Position numbers and translations under genes: made by a program. A stretch of DNA of 63,653 nt, counting the filler, from Octopus bimaculoides (lineage: Eukaryota): the NCBI RefSeq assembly GCF_001194135.2. It is 6 parts of 6 records of this genome, joined end to end, with 100 filler letters (N's around TTAATTAATTAA, not from the genome) between each part and the next. Parts side by side here need not be neighbours in the genome. Positions count along the whole stretch, not along the records: positions 34,274 to 56,359 come from NC_068990.1; 5 more parts are not named here. One strand, 5' to 3'. Positions 36,846 to 50,339 of this stretch are shown in pieces. Below the pieces are notes generated by a model. It ran no database searches. It had not been told where the DNA came from and worked only from the letters and a program-made list of their open reading frames with translations. Every line of letters starts with the position of its first letter. The first letter of the stretch is position 1.

Positions 36846-36917
36846 GTTATATATGTATGTGTGTGTTTATGTATGTATGTATCTTTCTTTCTTTTTCTGT
36901 CTGTTTGTATCTCTTCT

Positions 36918-36995
<78 letters not shown>

Positions 36996-37314
36996 NNNNN
37001 NNNNNNNNNNNNNNNNNNNNNNNNNNNNNNNNNNNNNNNNNNNNNNNNNNNNNNNNNNNNNNNNNNNNNNNNNNNNNNNNNNNNNNNNNNNNNNNNNNNN
37101 NNNNNNNNNNNNNNNNNNNNNNNNNNNNNNNNNNNNNNNNNNNNNNNNNNNNNNNNNNNNNNNNNNNNNNNNNNNNNNNNNNNNNNNNNNNNNNNNNNNN
37201 NNNNNNNNNNNNNNNNNNNNNNNNNNNNNNNNNNNNNNNNNNNNNNNNNNNNNNNNNNNNNNNNNNNNNNNNNNNNNNNNNNNNNNNNNNNNNNNNNNNN
37301 NNNNNNNNNNNNNN

Positions 37315-37350
<36 letters not shown>

Positions 37351-37764
37351 TAGATATATTCCATCAGTGTTTGTTTATCCATTTGTAAATAATCACTACA
37401 GTGCCTCCCAATATCAAGCGAACCGTTACGCTATAAAAATACGTATCTGTCTTTGATAGATTCTTCGTAGATGTTATTGAAGAATGGAAAATTGTGCAGT
37501 ACTTAAAGCAGGTAAAATTTTTTGTGCTGTGATTTGGTTTCGGAAACAATATCTAAATTGCCTCTCACGAAATTTACCGTATGGATTACTATTTAACGTC
37601 CTAATGTTGTCATTTCGTGTTCGATTACACTACAACACACGGTAATATCCTTGTGAGTCTATGTATTATGTTTGTGCTTACTACTATGTTCTGAGAGGAA
37701 TTTGGTGAAAGGAGGCACCAAATAAATAAATAAATAAATAAATAAAAAAATAAAAGTATCAGTG

Positions 37765-37972
37765 GTCCTTCCCGAGCCATAGGCGCATAAGGTCGGTTTC
37801 GCAGATTCTGTGATGTAGATATAAGATTCCTAATATTTGCCAACTCAGCGGGCTGGAACAACATGAAATAATGTGTTTGGCTCAAGAACATAATATATCG
37901 CAAGGTCCAAGAATCGAAACCACAATCTTACGAGCAGGAATGCAACACCCTGACCACTAAGCCACGCACCTT
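37765..37972 (-). mobile_element. SINE family D-related
   Basis: Minus strand GTGCGTGGCTTAGTGGTCAGGG..TTCGATTC..TCTTGAGCCAAACAC. Confidence 0.75.
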
Positions 37973-39614
37973 GACTGAAAGGTGTCTAAATGGATTTAAG
38001 TATGTATGTATGTAAGTATGTATGTATGTATGTATGCATGTATATTTACATATAAACACAAATAGTGGGTTTGGCCAAAAGTCACCTGACAGTAAATCAA
38101 AACCCATCTAATTCCGAGATGTAAACAAAATGTTATTTTATATGAGACTTCGCTAATAAAGAGGCAAATGTTGAAATAATAACCTACAAAAAAAACAAAA
38201 AACAGAAAAAAAACCGGTGATTATTAACTCACAGTATTCAATTATTAAACATTCATAATTGGAATGAATAAATAGAATTCAATATTAAGTATTTATAGAA
38301 TTTTGATCTACTGTCGGCTGACTTTTGGCTAAACCTGTATGTACAAATATATGTGTATATGTATGTATATATATATATGTGTATATATATATGTATTTTT
38401 ATATGTGTATATATATATATATATANNNNNNNNNNNNNNNNNNNNNNNNNNNNNNNNNNNNNNNNNNNNNNNNNNNNNNNNNNNNNNNNNNNNNNNNNNN
38501 NNNNNNNNNNNNNNNNNNNNNNNNNNNNNNNNNNNNNNNNNNNNNNNNNNNNNNNNNNNNNNNNNNNNNNNNNNNNNNNNNNNNNNNNNNNNNNNNNNNN
38601 NNNNNNNNNNNNNNNNNNNNNNNNNNNNNNNNNNNNNNNNNNNNNNNNNNNNNNNNNNNNNNNNNNNNNNNNNNNNNNNNNNNNNNNNNNNNNNNNNNNN
38701 NNNNNNNNNNNNNNNNNNNNNNNNNNNNNNNNNNNNNNNNNNNNNNNNNNNNNNNNNNNNNNNNNNNNNNNNNNNNNNNNNNNNNNNNNNNNNNNNNNNN
38801 NNNNNNNNNNNNNNNNNNNNNNNNNNNNNNNNNNNNNNNNNNNNNNNNNNNNNNNNNNNNNNNNNNNNNNNNNNNNNNNNNNNNNNNNNNNNNNNNNNNN
38901 NNNNNNNNNNNNNNNNNNNNNNNNNNNNNNNNNNNNNNNNNNNNNNNNNNNNNNNNNNNNNNNNNNNNNNNNNNNNNNNNNNNNNNNNNNNNNNNNNNNN
39001 NNNNNNNNNNNNNNNNNNNNNNNNNNNNNNNNNNNNATATATATATATATATATACACGCATGCACGCACAAACACAAGCACATACATACATACACACAC
39101 ACACATACAAAGACATTTTTGGTTATTTCAGATATGTTTAGGTTAGTTAGAATTTGGTAATCATGTTTTCCTTGTTTCACGTTTTCTATTTCGGAAGAAG
39201 AAAAAAGAATAGAAAAATTGTTTCTTTTTAAATTACGATTCGTAACTAGATTTAAAGTTTGCACAATTTTTTTTTATTCACTCTCTTAAATTGTAATACG
39301 TTAATCCAGTAAAATAAACACAAGAAAACAAATAATTTGTGGTTTTTAGCTAAAATTTTACGATTTTCATTAACAAATTTGTTTAATTTTTCTAATTAAG
39401 TAAGATTAAAAAACACTGACTTCAAAATAGATTAGAAGCAAGAAAATAATAAAACAAACATAAAAGATCTCTTAATGAAAGAAATCACAACTTGACAAAG
39501 TATTTCGAATATAAATTAGGATTGTGGCAAAGAAAAAACTTAATAAATATCTTAAAAAATACTCAAATAATTCGGTTTTATTAACAAATTAATGCATTTC
39601 AGATACCAAAATAC

Positions 39615-39666
39615 CAACTACTACTACTACTACTACTACTGCTGCTGTTACTACGGCTGCTGTTGT

Positions 39667-39700
<34 letters not shown>

Positions 39701-39701
39701 G

Positions 39702-39790
<89 letters not shown>

Positions 39791-39865
39791 ACTACTTCTA
39801 CTACTACTACCACTACTACTGCTGCTGCTGCTACTACTTCTACTACTACTACTACTACTACTACA
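39615..39865. repeat. Compound (CTA)n/(CTG)n trinucleotide array
   Basis: Read directly; other trinucleotide arrays at 3565-3665, 25130-25275, 35460-35750, 58620-58780; di/tetranucleotide arrays at 12370-12860, 34390-34600, 35860-36245, 58990-59340, 62790-63245. Confidence 0.95.
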
Positions 39866-40711
39866 GCTTTCTAATATAGGTGCAAAGCTCGAAATTTTTG
39901 TGGGAAGTGTGAGACGATGGCATCGACCGCTGTGCTCAACTGTCGCTTGTTTTATCGACTTCGGATGGATGAAAGGAAAAAAATCGATCTCGTCCTCATT
40001 TCATTTCAGGACATAAAACTNNNNNNNNNNNNNNNNNNNNNNNNNNNNNNNNNNNNNNNNNNNNNNNNNNNNNNNNNNNNNNNNNNNNNNNNNNNNNNNN
40101 NNNNNNNNNNNNNNNNNNNNNNNNNNNNNNNNNNNNNNNNNNNNNNNNNNNNNNNNNNNNNNNNNNNNNNNNNNNNNNNNNNNNNNNNNNNNNNNNNNNN
40201 NNNNNNNNNNNNNNNNNNNNNNNNNNNNNNNNNNNNNNNNNNNNNNNNNNNNNNNNNNNNNNNNNNNNNNNNNNNNNNNNNNNNNNNNNNNNNNNNNNNN
40301 NNNNNNNNNNNNNNNNNNNNNNNNNNNNNNNNNNNNNNNNNNNNNNNNNNNNNNNNNNNNNNNNNNNNNNNNNNNNNNNNNNNNNNNNNNNNNNNNNNNN
40401 NNNNNNNNNNNNNNNNNNNNNNNNNNNNNNNNNNNNNNNNNNNNNNNNNNNNNNNNNNNNNNNNNNNNNNNNNNNNNNNNNNNNNNNNNNNNNNNNNNNN
40501 NNNNNNNNNNNNNNNNNNNNNNNNNNNNNNNNNNNNNNNNNNNNNNNNNNNNNNNNNNNNNNNNNNNNNNNNNNNNNNNNNNNNNNNNNNNNNNNNNNNN
40601 NNNNNNNNNNNNNNNNNNNNNNNNNNNNNNNNNNNNNNNNNNNNNNNNNNNNNNNNNNNNNNNNNNNNNNNNNNNNNNNNNNNNNNNNNNNNNNNNNNNN
40701 NNNNNNNNNNT

Positions 40712-40994
40712 ATGACAGGTTAGCTTGGGAAGTTAAGCAGTTGTGGTCGATGAAAAAGGTAGCAGTAGTACCAATAATTGTCAGAGCCCTGGGAACTGTG
40801 AGCAAAAATCTTGAGAAGTACATAGAACAAATAGGGGCTGCAATAAGGATGGAGCACTTGCAGAAAACAGCACTGCTTGGAACCGCTCGAATACTCTGGA
40901 AGGTTCTTAAAAAATAAGAGGTGCTACCTTAGTTCACTGGTAGCAAACAACTGACACTATTGTACATCTCCAGCATTAGAAGCTGTGCAAAGAC

Positions 40995-41000
<6 letters not shown>
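40712..41000 (+). mobile_element. R4/Dong-clade LINE 3' end, copy 1
   Basis: YDRLAWEVKQLWSMKKVAVVPIIVRALGTVSKNLEKY..LQKTALLGTARIL, short UTR, (AAT)n tail. Confidence 0.85.
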
Positions 41001-41034
<34 letters not shown>

Positions 41035-41052
41035 GTAGTAGTAATAGTAATA

Positions 41053-41087
<35 letters not shown>

Positions 41088-41090
41088 TGC

Positions 41091-41397
41091 GATAAGGAAG
41101 AAAGAAAAGTTGAGAGATATGACAGGTTAGCATGGGAGGTTAATCAGTTGTGGTCGATGAAAAAGGTAGCAGTAGTACCAATAATTGTCAGAGCCCTGGG
41201 AACAGTGAGCAAAAATCTTGAGAAGAACATGGGACAAATAGGGGCTGCAATAAGGGTGGAACACTTTCAGAAAACAGCACTGCTTGGAACCGCTCGAATA
41301 TTCCGGAAGGTGCTAGAAAAATAAGTGTTACCTTAGTTCACTGGTAGTGAACAGCTGACAGCGTTAGAAGCTGTGCAAAGGCAATAATAATAACAAT
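41091..41397 (+). mobile_element. R4/Dong-clade LINE 3' end, copy 2 (tandem)
   Basis: DKEERKVERYDRLAWE..QKTALLGTARIFRKVLEK*, begins right after copy 1's (AAT)n and ends in (AAT)n. Confidence 0.85.
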
Positions 41398-41477
41398 AAT
41401 TAATAATAATAATAACAACAACAACCACCACAACAACAACAACAACAACAGCAATAATAATAATAATAATAATTACA

Positions 41478-41700
41478 GATGAAACGAGTGAAACTCATGT
41501 GGGACATAGCCATCTTTACAGACAGGCATGTTGAGCATAAACCCCTGATATCATGATTGTGCACAAGGACACTCACAAATAGGTCATGATAGACATTGTT
41601 CTTCCCATAGACCACAATGATTACATCACCGAGAGAGTGAAGGTAGACAAAAGCCAGGAGTGGGCGAGTAGAGCACAGGAAATACATTTAGCAATTGTCA
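41478..41700 (+). mobile_element. R4/Dong-type restriction-like endonuclease fragment
   Basis: KLMWDIAIFTDRHVEHKP(D)IMIVHK..VMIDIVLP, matching the PD..D motif region; frameshifted. Confidence 0.65.
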
Positions 41701-41704
41701 AAAT

Positions 41705-43040
41705 TTTCCCTTTGTCCTTGTTTGTCCCCTCTATGTTTAGCCCCTTGTGGGCAATAAAGAAATAAGAAACGTTAGCACGCCGGGCGAAATGCTTTACGGC
41801 ATTTCGTCTGCCGTTACGTTCTGAGTTCAAATTCCGCTGAGGTCGACTTTGCCTTTCATCATTTTAGGGTCGCTGAAATAAGTACCAGTTGCGTACTAGG
41901 GTCGAGGTAATCGACTTAACGCTCTTCCCGCCAAAATTTTCAAGGCCTTGTGCCTAGAGTAGAAATAGTTATTTAATGTGGTGGGCCGACATTATCGTAA
42001 GCATGCGCGACAAAATGCTAGGCGGCATCTCGTTCGTCTTCGTGTTCTGAGTTCAAATTCTGCCGAGGTTGACTTTACCTTTCGAGATCGACAAAACAAG
42101 TACCATTTGAGCCTTGGGTTTGTGTAATTGACTTACCCCGTCCCCAAAACTGCTGGTCTTCAGCCAAAATTAGAAACCGAAACCTATAATACTCGGTTAT
42201 TCGCGTCAATTAAATTGTTCGAAAGAAAGTTGTTTTCTGTCAGCAACTCATTATTTTCTTGGAACTCTCAAGTAACTGTCTTTTGCTAAGAGACTAATTT
42301 TTTTTCCTATCTATTCTCTGAGAAAAAGAAAATGTATTTGTTTCTGCTTCTTTTTGTTTGTTTCTGAGAGGAGATATGTATAGTGTAACCATTTTGGTTA
42401 GTCTGCGAGTAGAAGAACATTTTTCTTCATAAATTGAAATCTTTCTCCCCAAATGGGCGAGACTAACACAAGCAATTAAAATTCTATCTTTCAACGTAAC
42501 AAGTTCCACTTTTAAAAATAATTTCCTTCGTTCATTCACTTGATAAATATCTATAATAGCGACAGAGCGAAATATAACACCTCTAAACGTCTCAGACGCT
42601 AAGCTTACTACTACTACTATTACCACTACAACTACTACTAAATGTAATAATGGCTTCAAATTTTGGCACAAGGCCAGCAATTTCGGAAACGCTTAACGTT
42701 ATTTCGTCTGTCTTTACGTTCTGAGTTCAAATTCCGCTGAGGTCGATTTTGCCTTTAATCCTTTTTGGGGTCTATATATTAAGTACTAGTTGCGTACTTG
42801 GGTCGATTTAATCGACTGGTTCCCTCCCCCGAAATTTCGGGCCTTGTGCCTAGAGTAGAAAAGAATAATGGCTGCATATTTTGTGCAGGTACGGTTGTTT
42901 TGTGGAAAGGGGCAAGTGGAGTATATCGATCTTGGTACACCACTAATACTTATTTGTATCGACTCTGAACGAATGAAAAGGTAACAATTGATTTCGGCGG
43001 ACTTTNNNNNNNNNNGATTTTGCCAGCTCACCGCCTTACC
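41705..43040. mobile_element. Cluster of SINE family B copies (+41705-41965, +41990-42180, +42690-42870, -42895-43037)
   Basis: Repeated GTTCTGAGTTCAAATTC(C/T)GC.GAGGT.GAC.TT motif. Confidence 0.8.
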
Positions 43041-43053
43041 ACCACCACCACCA

Positions 43054-43236
43054 TGAGAAGTACATGGACCAGATAGGGGCTGCAATAAGGGTGGAGCACT
43101 TGCTGAAAACAGCACTGCTTGGAAGCGCTCGAATACTCCGGAAGGTGCTCGAAAAATATGTGGTGTTACCTTAGTTCACTGGTAGTGAACAGCTGACACC
43201 GTAGTACATCTCCAGCGTTAGAAGCTGTGCAAAGGC
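43054..43236 (+). mobile_element. R4/Dong-clade LINE 3' end, copy 3
   Basis: Same C-terminus and UTR as 40712 and 41091; tail (GAT)n(ACT)n(AAT)n. Confidence 0.85.
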
Positions 43237-43259
43237 GATGATGATGATGATGATGATGA

Positions 43260-43297
<38 letters not shown>

Positions 43298-43315
43298 ATA
43301 ATAATAATAATAATA

Positions 43316-43686
43316 AATTCCCTGGTGCAGTACCAGGCAGTCTCATGGTTTTTGATCTTAACTGATTGAAAGTATTATCATGTACGTGTTTTGAATAATT
43401 CACTTCTGTAAACATAGGTGTCTTGTTCATCATCCTTAAAACAAACCTTATTCTGGGACCTTTTGAGTGGGATGCGCTACTTGACCTGAAGAAAATTCTA
43501 ACTGAGCCCCACTTGCAAGGTCATGCACTGTTGATCTTGATATGAGATCACTATGTCACACACATATGGTTGTGATGCATATGCCTGGTGTACCCTTATC
43601 AGACGGGTAGTCATGATGGGTATACTGGGCTTCGTATATTTTATCCCAGTGTCACTTTGATGGCATGCACTGCTCTCTCACTCAGT
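43316..43686 (+). mobile_element. Repeat family G, copy 2
   Basis: Homologous to 34828-35325; between (AAT)n and (AAC)n. Confidence 0.7.
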
Positions 43687-44301
43687 AACAACAACAACAA
43701 CAACAACAACAATAATAATAATGATAAATTCCTTCTCTTACTGGCATAAAGACTGAATTTTGTGGGTGGGAGCTAGTTGCTCACGATGCCCCAATCATTT
43801 GACTGATAGTTGTGAATCTAGTTAGTGATTTTGAATCTTGCTAGATTTAATAGTATTAGACTGTCGACCGACAATTCGTTCTGTGTAGTATTGTGAACGG
43901 TGAGAATCAAAACCATGATATACGTATTCATTCTGAATTGGTTGCGGACAAGATATGGCTGAGAACACACAACAGGGTCGAAACACCGGTGTCTCAAATC
44001 CCTCTTAATTCAATGAATTCGTTTGAAAGAGAAAGTCTTTCTCCATTGACGAAATACAACACCGATTAGCATATTCGCATAGAAATCTCGCGGTACGTAA
44101 TAAGACTGGATATATATGTCATTGCTTTGATTCACGATTGCCCCGTTCACAAAGCGATTTCTTTGCATTATCGTTATCATTCTGTTGTTTGAAACAATGT
44201 GAGATTTTCAGGAAGAAGTTTTAATTTAGATGACATTAAAACAAGAAGTTTGTGGAAACTATTTTTAAATCTCACAACGAGAGATATTCAGCAACAGTAC
44301 T

Positions 44302-44419
44302 TTGGAGTAAAGATTATTTGACAACATAACATGGCAGTCCTGGTTTAGAACGAATGTTGCTGTAATTTAGCCCCAGTTGACATCGTCTCCACCTGGTTAT
44401 ACGACACGATCTGTGTCCT

Positions 44420-44450
<31 letters not shown>

Positions 44451-44515
44451 TTTTGCTGCAACATTCGTCCCAAACCAGGACTGCCATGTTATGTTGGCAA
44501 AAATCTTTACTCCAA
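44302..44515. mobile_element. MITE with ~60-bp imperfect TIRs
   Basis: TTGGAGTAAAGATT..CAACATAACATGGCAGTCCTGGTTT..GAATGTTGC and its reverse complement at 44456-44515. Confidence 0.8.
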
Positions 44516-45982
44516 GAAGTTTGTATCATAAATTCAAGGATAGTCCCTGGAAGGTTGGTATAAAAATTTATAATTGAATTTTTCTGTATTATTTTGGTGA
44601 AAAAGAAGGCATTTATTCAGAACGACAAAAGCAACAACCTCCCTTTTTGTAAGCCTTAAATCAACACAGGTATTTGATATACTTGTGTTGTTCAAAACCA
44701 TCCCACTGGCCACTTTGACTTATTTCTCTTAGCACATTTCTGCTCAAATTATGCAAATTACCTTGGCCATAAATGTGTTATACACTATTACTATATATCT
44801 ATGCCTCGTGGCTGCCGGACATACGATAAGACAATTGTTCTGCTAATAACGCCTATTGACACAGAAACACGTGTTCACTACGATTCACTTATTTCCCGAC
44901 AATAAGTCTTTTCCTTAGTAGCATATCAGTTTTGGCGATTACCTGAATCTTGAGATTATCTCTCCTTATCAAGTAGGGATGGACTTAATTAGCATTTGGT
45001 AATTATAATAAGCCTCTAGAAGCGGAGATAACTTCAATAAATCAAGAATTTATTTTGTATGGTATTTGATATGCCTATATTTGTCTATTTGTACAAATGC
45101 CGTGTACACGCAACCAGGTGGACTGGAACTTGTAGAGTTATTAACTTTTACCAGAGGCAAGTAATATCTGGCATTATAAGTACTTCACCATTATCCACTG
45201 AAGTGTAATAACGTATGACACTAATTTTTTACAGTTAGATGAACGGGGATATTGGACATCGGAGGATGTCTTCAGAGAAAGTTACATAACAGTTGCACAA
45301 GTTCTAAGAAATCGAAATATAAAGTGAAACATTTATCCTTCGGTAAGTAATGTGTGATTTTTCAGAGTTACGTTGTTTACAGTTAGTTGGACTTGGTAAC
45401 GAAGTGTTAGATTGTTATGTGTGAGGGTTATATATGGTGGCGTTTTGTTAGCCTGGTGAGTGGGGGGGGTAGACAGTGGCGTTTTGTTATCCCGGGGAGT
45501 AGGGGCAGGGCAGGTGAAGTAAGGAAGTCTTTGGGAAGAATGCGCTGCTCTTCAGTAGTGACAAGATATGAGCTTTCAATCCTGCAGCTAAAAGACTACC
45601 ACTTAATTAACTTAAACAGCTGTGATTCTCTTTAAATTTTCAATGTACAAAATAATAGCAGTCTTAACAACCATTTAAAGACAATATCTAAGTGAGAACA
45701 TTCTGGAGAATATATATATATATATATAAATAAAAAAAAAAAAATGTGTATATAAAAAAACAACGTAAAATATGAAGTTATAACACAAAGAAGATTTAAG
45801 TGAAGGAAGATAGGAAGGAAAGGAAGAAGTGTGGGTGAAGATGTTCACATAGGAATCAAGAGGAGGGAGAAGAGGAAGGAATGGCGTAAAGAGATAGATC
45901 GTTGCGACTAGCTGGAGAGCAGATGGCGCAGAATTGTTGAAAGATGGATGGAAACAATAGAATGGAAAACAAAAACAAGAAC

Positions 45983-46030
<48 letters not shown>

Positions 46031-46164
46031 AAAAGAAAAAACGCAGTAAGCAAACAAAGATATATTAGTAAACCAAGATAAAATAATGTTTGTTCCGTCT
46101 ATCTTGGCACGTTTGTCGAAAATTATATTTTCTAGGGAAGATAATTTAATTAATGAATATGTAT

Positions 46165-46215
<51 letters not shown>

Positions 46216-46479
46216 CTCTCGCATGCACAACACACGAGAAAACTAGATATAAAGATACACACACACATACACACACATATAAGTGTCCATTCTCTTGTAT
46301 ATACAATATTCCCATCACACACACATTCACACATACAAACACACACACAATTTTTAACATATTCATCTCTCTCTATATGTATGTATAGTTAATATATATA
46401 TACGGTGTTTACGTATGTATATATAAATAGAGATTTTTCATATATATTCATATATTTATATCTTTATTTTACTAGCTGC

Positions 46480-46556
<77 letters not shown>

Positions 46557-47288
46557 NNNNNNNNNNNNNNNNNNNNNNNNNNNNNNNNNNNNNNNNNNNN
46601 NNNNNNNNNNNNNNNNNNNNNNNNNNNNNNNNNNNNNNNNNNNNNNNNNNNNNNNNNNNNNNNNNNNNNNNNNNNNNNNNNNNNNNNNNNNNNNNNNNNN
46701 NNNNNNNNNNNNNNNNNNNNNNNNNNNNNNNNNNNNNNNNNNNNNNNNNNNNNNNNNNNNNNNNNNNNNNNNNNNNNNNNNNNNNNNNNNNNNNNNNNNN
46801 NNNNNNNNNNNNNNNNNNNNNNNNNNNNNNNNNNNNNNNNNNNNNNNNNNNNNNNNNNNNNNNNNNNNNNNNNNNNNNNNNNNNNNNNNNNNNNNNNNNN
46901 NNNNNNNNNNNNNNNNNNNNNNNNTATATATATATATGATACGTAGACACTTCACATAATGTATTATGTGTAGGTTGGGATGCGTGTCCGGCAATACATT
47001 AGCTTGTTTGAATAAGCATCTCTCAGTAAAATCTAAGCGCAAGTACACACGCGCGTCAAACACACACACACGCACATACACACTCGCACCCACATACACA
47101 CACAAATTTATAATAAATATGCTTGTATATATGTCATGTAAAAGTGTGCTTCCAACTTGATGTGTGTTTAATAGCTTAAAGTATCTTGTTTATATATACA
47201 TTCTTTATAATCATAAATATATACAAAAAACAAAAGCGCTGTCTTATTAATGCATATACAGATATATCAATTTGTGTACATAAATGGC

Positions 47289-47320
<32 letters not shown>

Positions 47321-47423
47321 TATGTGTATGCATGCATGTAAATATGTATGTGCTTATGTGTAAATCTGCATGTGAGCGTATTTGCGTATATATATTCTAC
47401 AGACGATTTTTTATATTTAATTT

Positions 47424-47460
<37 letters not shown>

Positions 47461-47479
47461 GCTACTACTACTACCACCA

Positions 47480-47645
47480 CCAGGTACTTGTTGAGGTACA
47501 CAATGAAGGGATTAGTCGATATCTTCGACCCCTCCATCCATTATTTTACTGGTACTGTTTCTAGACCGAACCCGAAAGAATTGAATGACAAAGCCGACAT
47601 CGGCGCAGTTTGAGCTGTGAATTCACCAAGTTGGAACAAATGCTG
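47480..47645 (-). mobile_element. SINE family B, degenerate
   Basis: AGTCGAT..TCGACCCC..ACCGAACCCGAAAGAAT.GAATGACAAAGCCGACATCGGCG. Confidence 0.6.
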
Positions 47646-47944
47646 TAAATGTGTAATTAAAGTCAGAAAACATAATGATTTTTAAATATTATAGTGTATC
47701 ATATATACACGGAAAGAAAACCATTATGTGGATTTCTGACATGTTAAAAATAGCTGTCAAATCCCCAAGCCTCGAAAAAAACATTCCTACATTAAAGCAC
47801 GTTGTTTGTACGCGAGCAGGACATCTGAGTGAATGAAAATTCAGCTAAATTTATGCCTATTACTTTCACTATGATCGAATCTTCCATGTGTTAACGTGTC
47901 TCTCCTTGTGACAATGTAAACCTTCAGTTTAGATACATACATAC

Positions 47945-47999
<55 letters not shown>

Positions 48000-48750
48000 N
48001 NNNNNNNNNNNNNNNNNNNNNNNNNNNNNNNNNNNNNNNNNNNNNNNNNNNNNNNNNNNNNNNNNNNNNNNNNNNNNNNNNNNNNNNNNNNNNNNNNNNN
48101 NNNNNNNNNNNNNNNNNNNNNNNNNNNNNNNNNNNNNNNNNNNNNNNNNNNNNNNNNNNNNNNNNNNNNNNNNNNNNNNNNNNNNNNNNNNNNNNNNNNN
48201 NNNNNNNNNNNNNNNNNNNNNNNNNNNNNNNNNNNNNNNNNNNNNNNNNNNNNNNNNNNNNNNNNNNNNNNNNNNNNNNNNNNNNNNNNNNNNNNNNNNN
48301 NNNNNNNNNNNNNNNNNNNNNNNNNNNNNNNNNNNNNNNNNNNNNNNNNNNNNNNNNNNNNNNNNNNNNNNNNNNNNNNNNNNNNNNNNNNNNNNNNNNN
48401 NNNNNNNNNNNNNNNNNNNNNNNNNNNNNNNNNNNNNNNNNNNNNNNNNNNNNNNNNNNNNNNNNNNNNNNNNNNNNNNNNNNNNNNNNNNNNNNNNNNN
48501 NNNNNNNNNNNNNNNNNNNNNNNNNNNNNNNNNNNNNNNNNNNNNNNNNAACCAATAAAAGAATCAGACAAGAAGAGGATGTGCACAAGAAATGTTTTAA
48601 GTTGTCGCTCAATGGAAAGAGTGAGTTTGACGTTTTGAGCGTAGCGCTTCGTCGAAAAGAAGAAAGGGAAAAGTTTCAAAAAGAAGCAAGAAATCGCGAC
48701 TACCACAACGACACATATGCAATCACACACACACACACACATATATATAT

Positions 48751-49181
48751 AGTGGCTGGGTGGTAAGTAGCTTGCTTACCAACCACATGGTTCCAGGTTC
48801 AGTCCTACTGCATGGCACCTTGGGCAAGTGTCTCTCTACTATAGCCTTGGGCCAACCAAAGCCTTGTGAGTGGATTTGGTAGGCGGAAACTGAAAGAAGC
48901 CCGTCGTATATGTATATATGTACATATATATATATATCTATATATGTGTGTGTCTGTGTATCTGTTTGTTTGTGTCTGTGTTTGTACCCCCACCATCGCT
49001 TGACAACCGATGCTGGTGTGATTAGGTCCCCGTAACTTAGCTGTTCAGCAAAAGGAACCGATAGAATAATTAGTAGGCTTACAAAGAATAAGTCCTGGGG
49101 TTGATTTGTTCGACTAAAGGCTGTGCTCCATCAGGGCTGCAGTCAAATGACTGAAACAAGTAAAATAATAAACGAATAACA

Positions 49182-49252
<71 letters not shown>

Positions 49253-49455
49253 TGTCTCCCACCGCCATTTGACAACTGGTGTTGATGTGTTTGCATCCCC
49301 ATAACATTAGAGGTTCGTCAAATGAAACCGTGATAATAAATACCAGAGTCTAAAGAAAAAGAAATGTCTGTGTTATTGGGGCTGATTTGTTCGACTAAAA
49401 CCTTTCCAGATGGTGCTTCAGTATGGTCGCAATCCAATGACTGAAGCAAGTTAAA
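48751..49455 (+). mobile_element. SINE family A (48751-49180) plus a second 3' half (49228-49455)
   Basis: GTGGCTGGGTGGTAAGTAGCTTGC, CCTTGGGCAAGTG, ATGACTGAAACAAGTAAAA. Confidence 0.85.
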
Positions 49456-50339
49456 AAAACAAACAAAACAAAACAAAAAACAAAAACGATAAAGATTAAT
49501 ATTTGTATACGTCAAGTCAGTACAGCACCACCTACCCGAATTATCTAAATGCATGCCATTAACTGATTTGAGTTATTTCCCTTAACTTATATTTTTTGTT
49601 CTAGTCACGCACATATTTTGCACCAAGAACGGAAGCAACGATGAAATCAATGATAAACAACACCAGCTCCGCCACTACCACCAGCACCACAACCACCACC
49701 ACAACAACAAAAACAACAACAACAACAACAACTACGACAACAACAACACTTAATATAATTATAGCAAGAGATTCAAGCTCAGATCTAGAAGTTACTGGAT
49801 ATTAACCAACTATCAAAGCAAACAAAAACAACAATTTTTCAGAAGATTGTTTCTTTGATCGTCTAACAAAATAATTTTCGTTTCGTTGTCATTTAATTTT
49901 TACTCTTTTTTTTCTTTTCTCTTTTCCAAAAGTTTTCAATTGTGATAAACTTGCTTTGTATTTATTTATATAAATTTTATTCTCTCTCCTTATCTGTCCC
50001 TTATTTCGCTCTACGCATCGTTATCTTATACTTACACCCTTTCTACTTTCACTTGCAATCTACTTAATCATTTCACGTCGTACATTTTCCTTGTCTACAT
50101 ATCGCTGTGGAATCTTCTAGGCAGTTTCGATACAGAAAAAGGTTTCCTGTGCTCTCCAATTACCTCTCTACACATGCTTAACAATACTCTGGTTGATGCT
50201 GGTATGTAAACATGTTTTGAAACTGCGAGAATTTTTTTCTTATTTCTTCAAAAGTGAAGTGGTATTGCGCATTAAGCTATGTCTATTGTAGTCAAATGGC
50301 TGACTCGGTAAAACACATCCCGATACTTATTGTAGCTGT

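Noticed and set aside
39589-40016. Poly-Y/C, poly-L and poly-V ORFs; also poly-H at 3560-3670 and poly-M/D at 25100-25280
   Set aside because: Trinucleotide microsatellites with no flanking domain or splice support.
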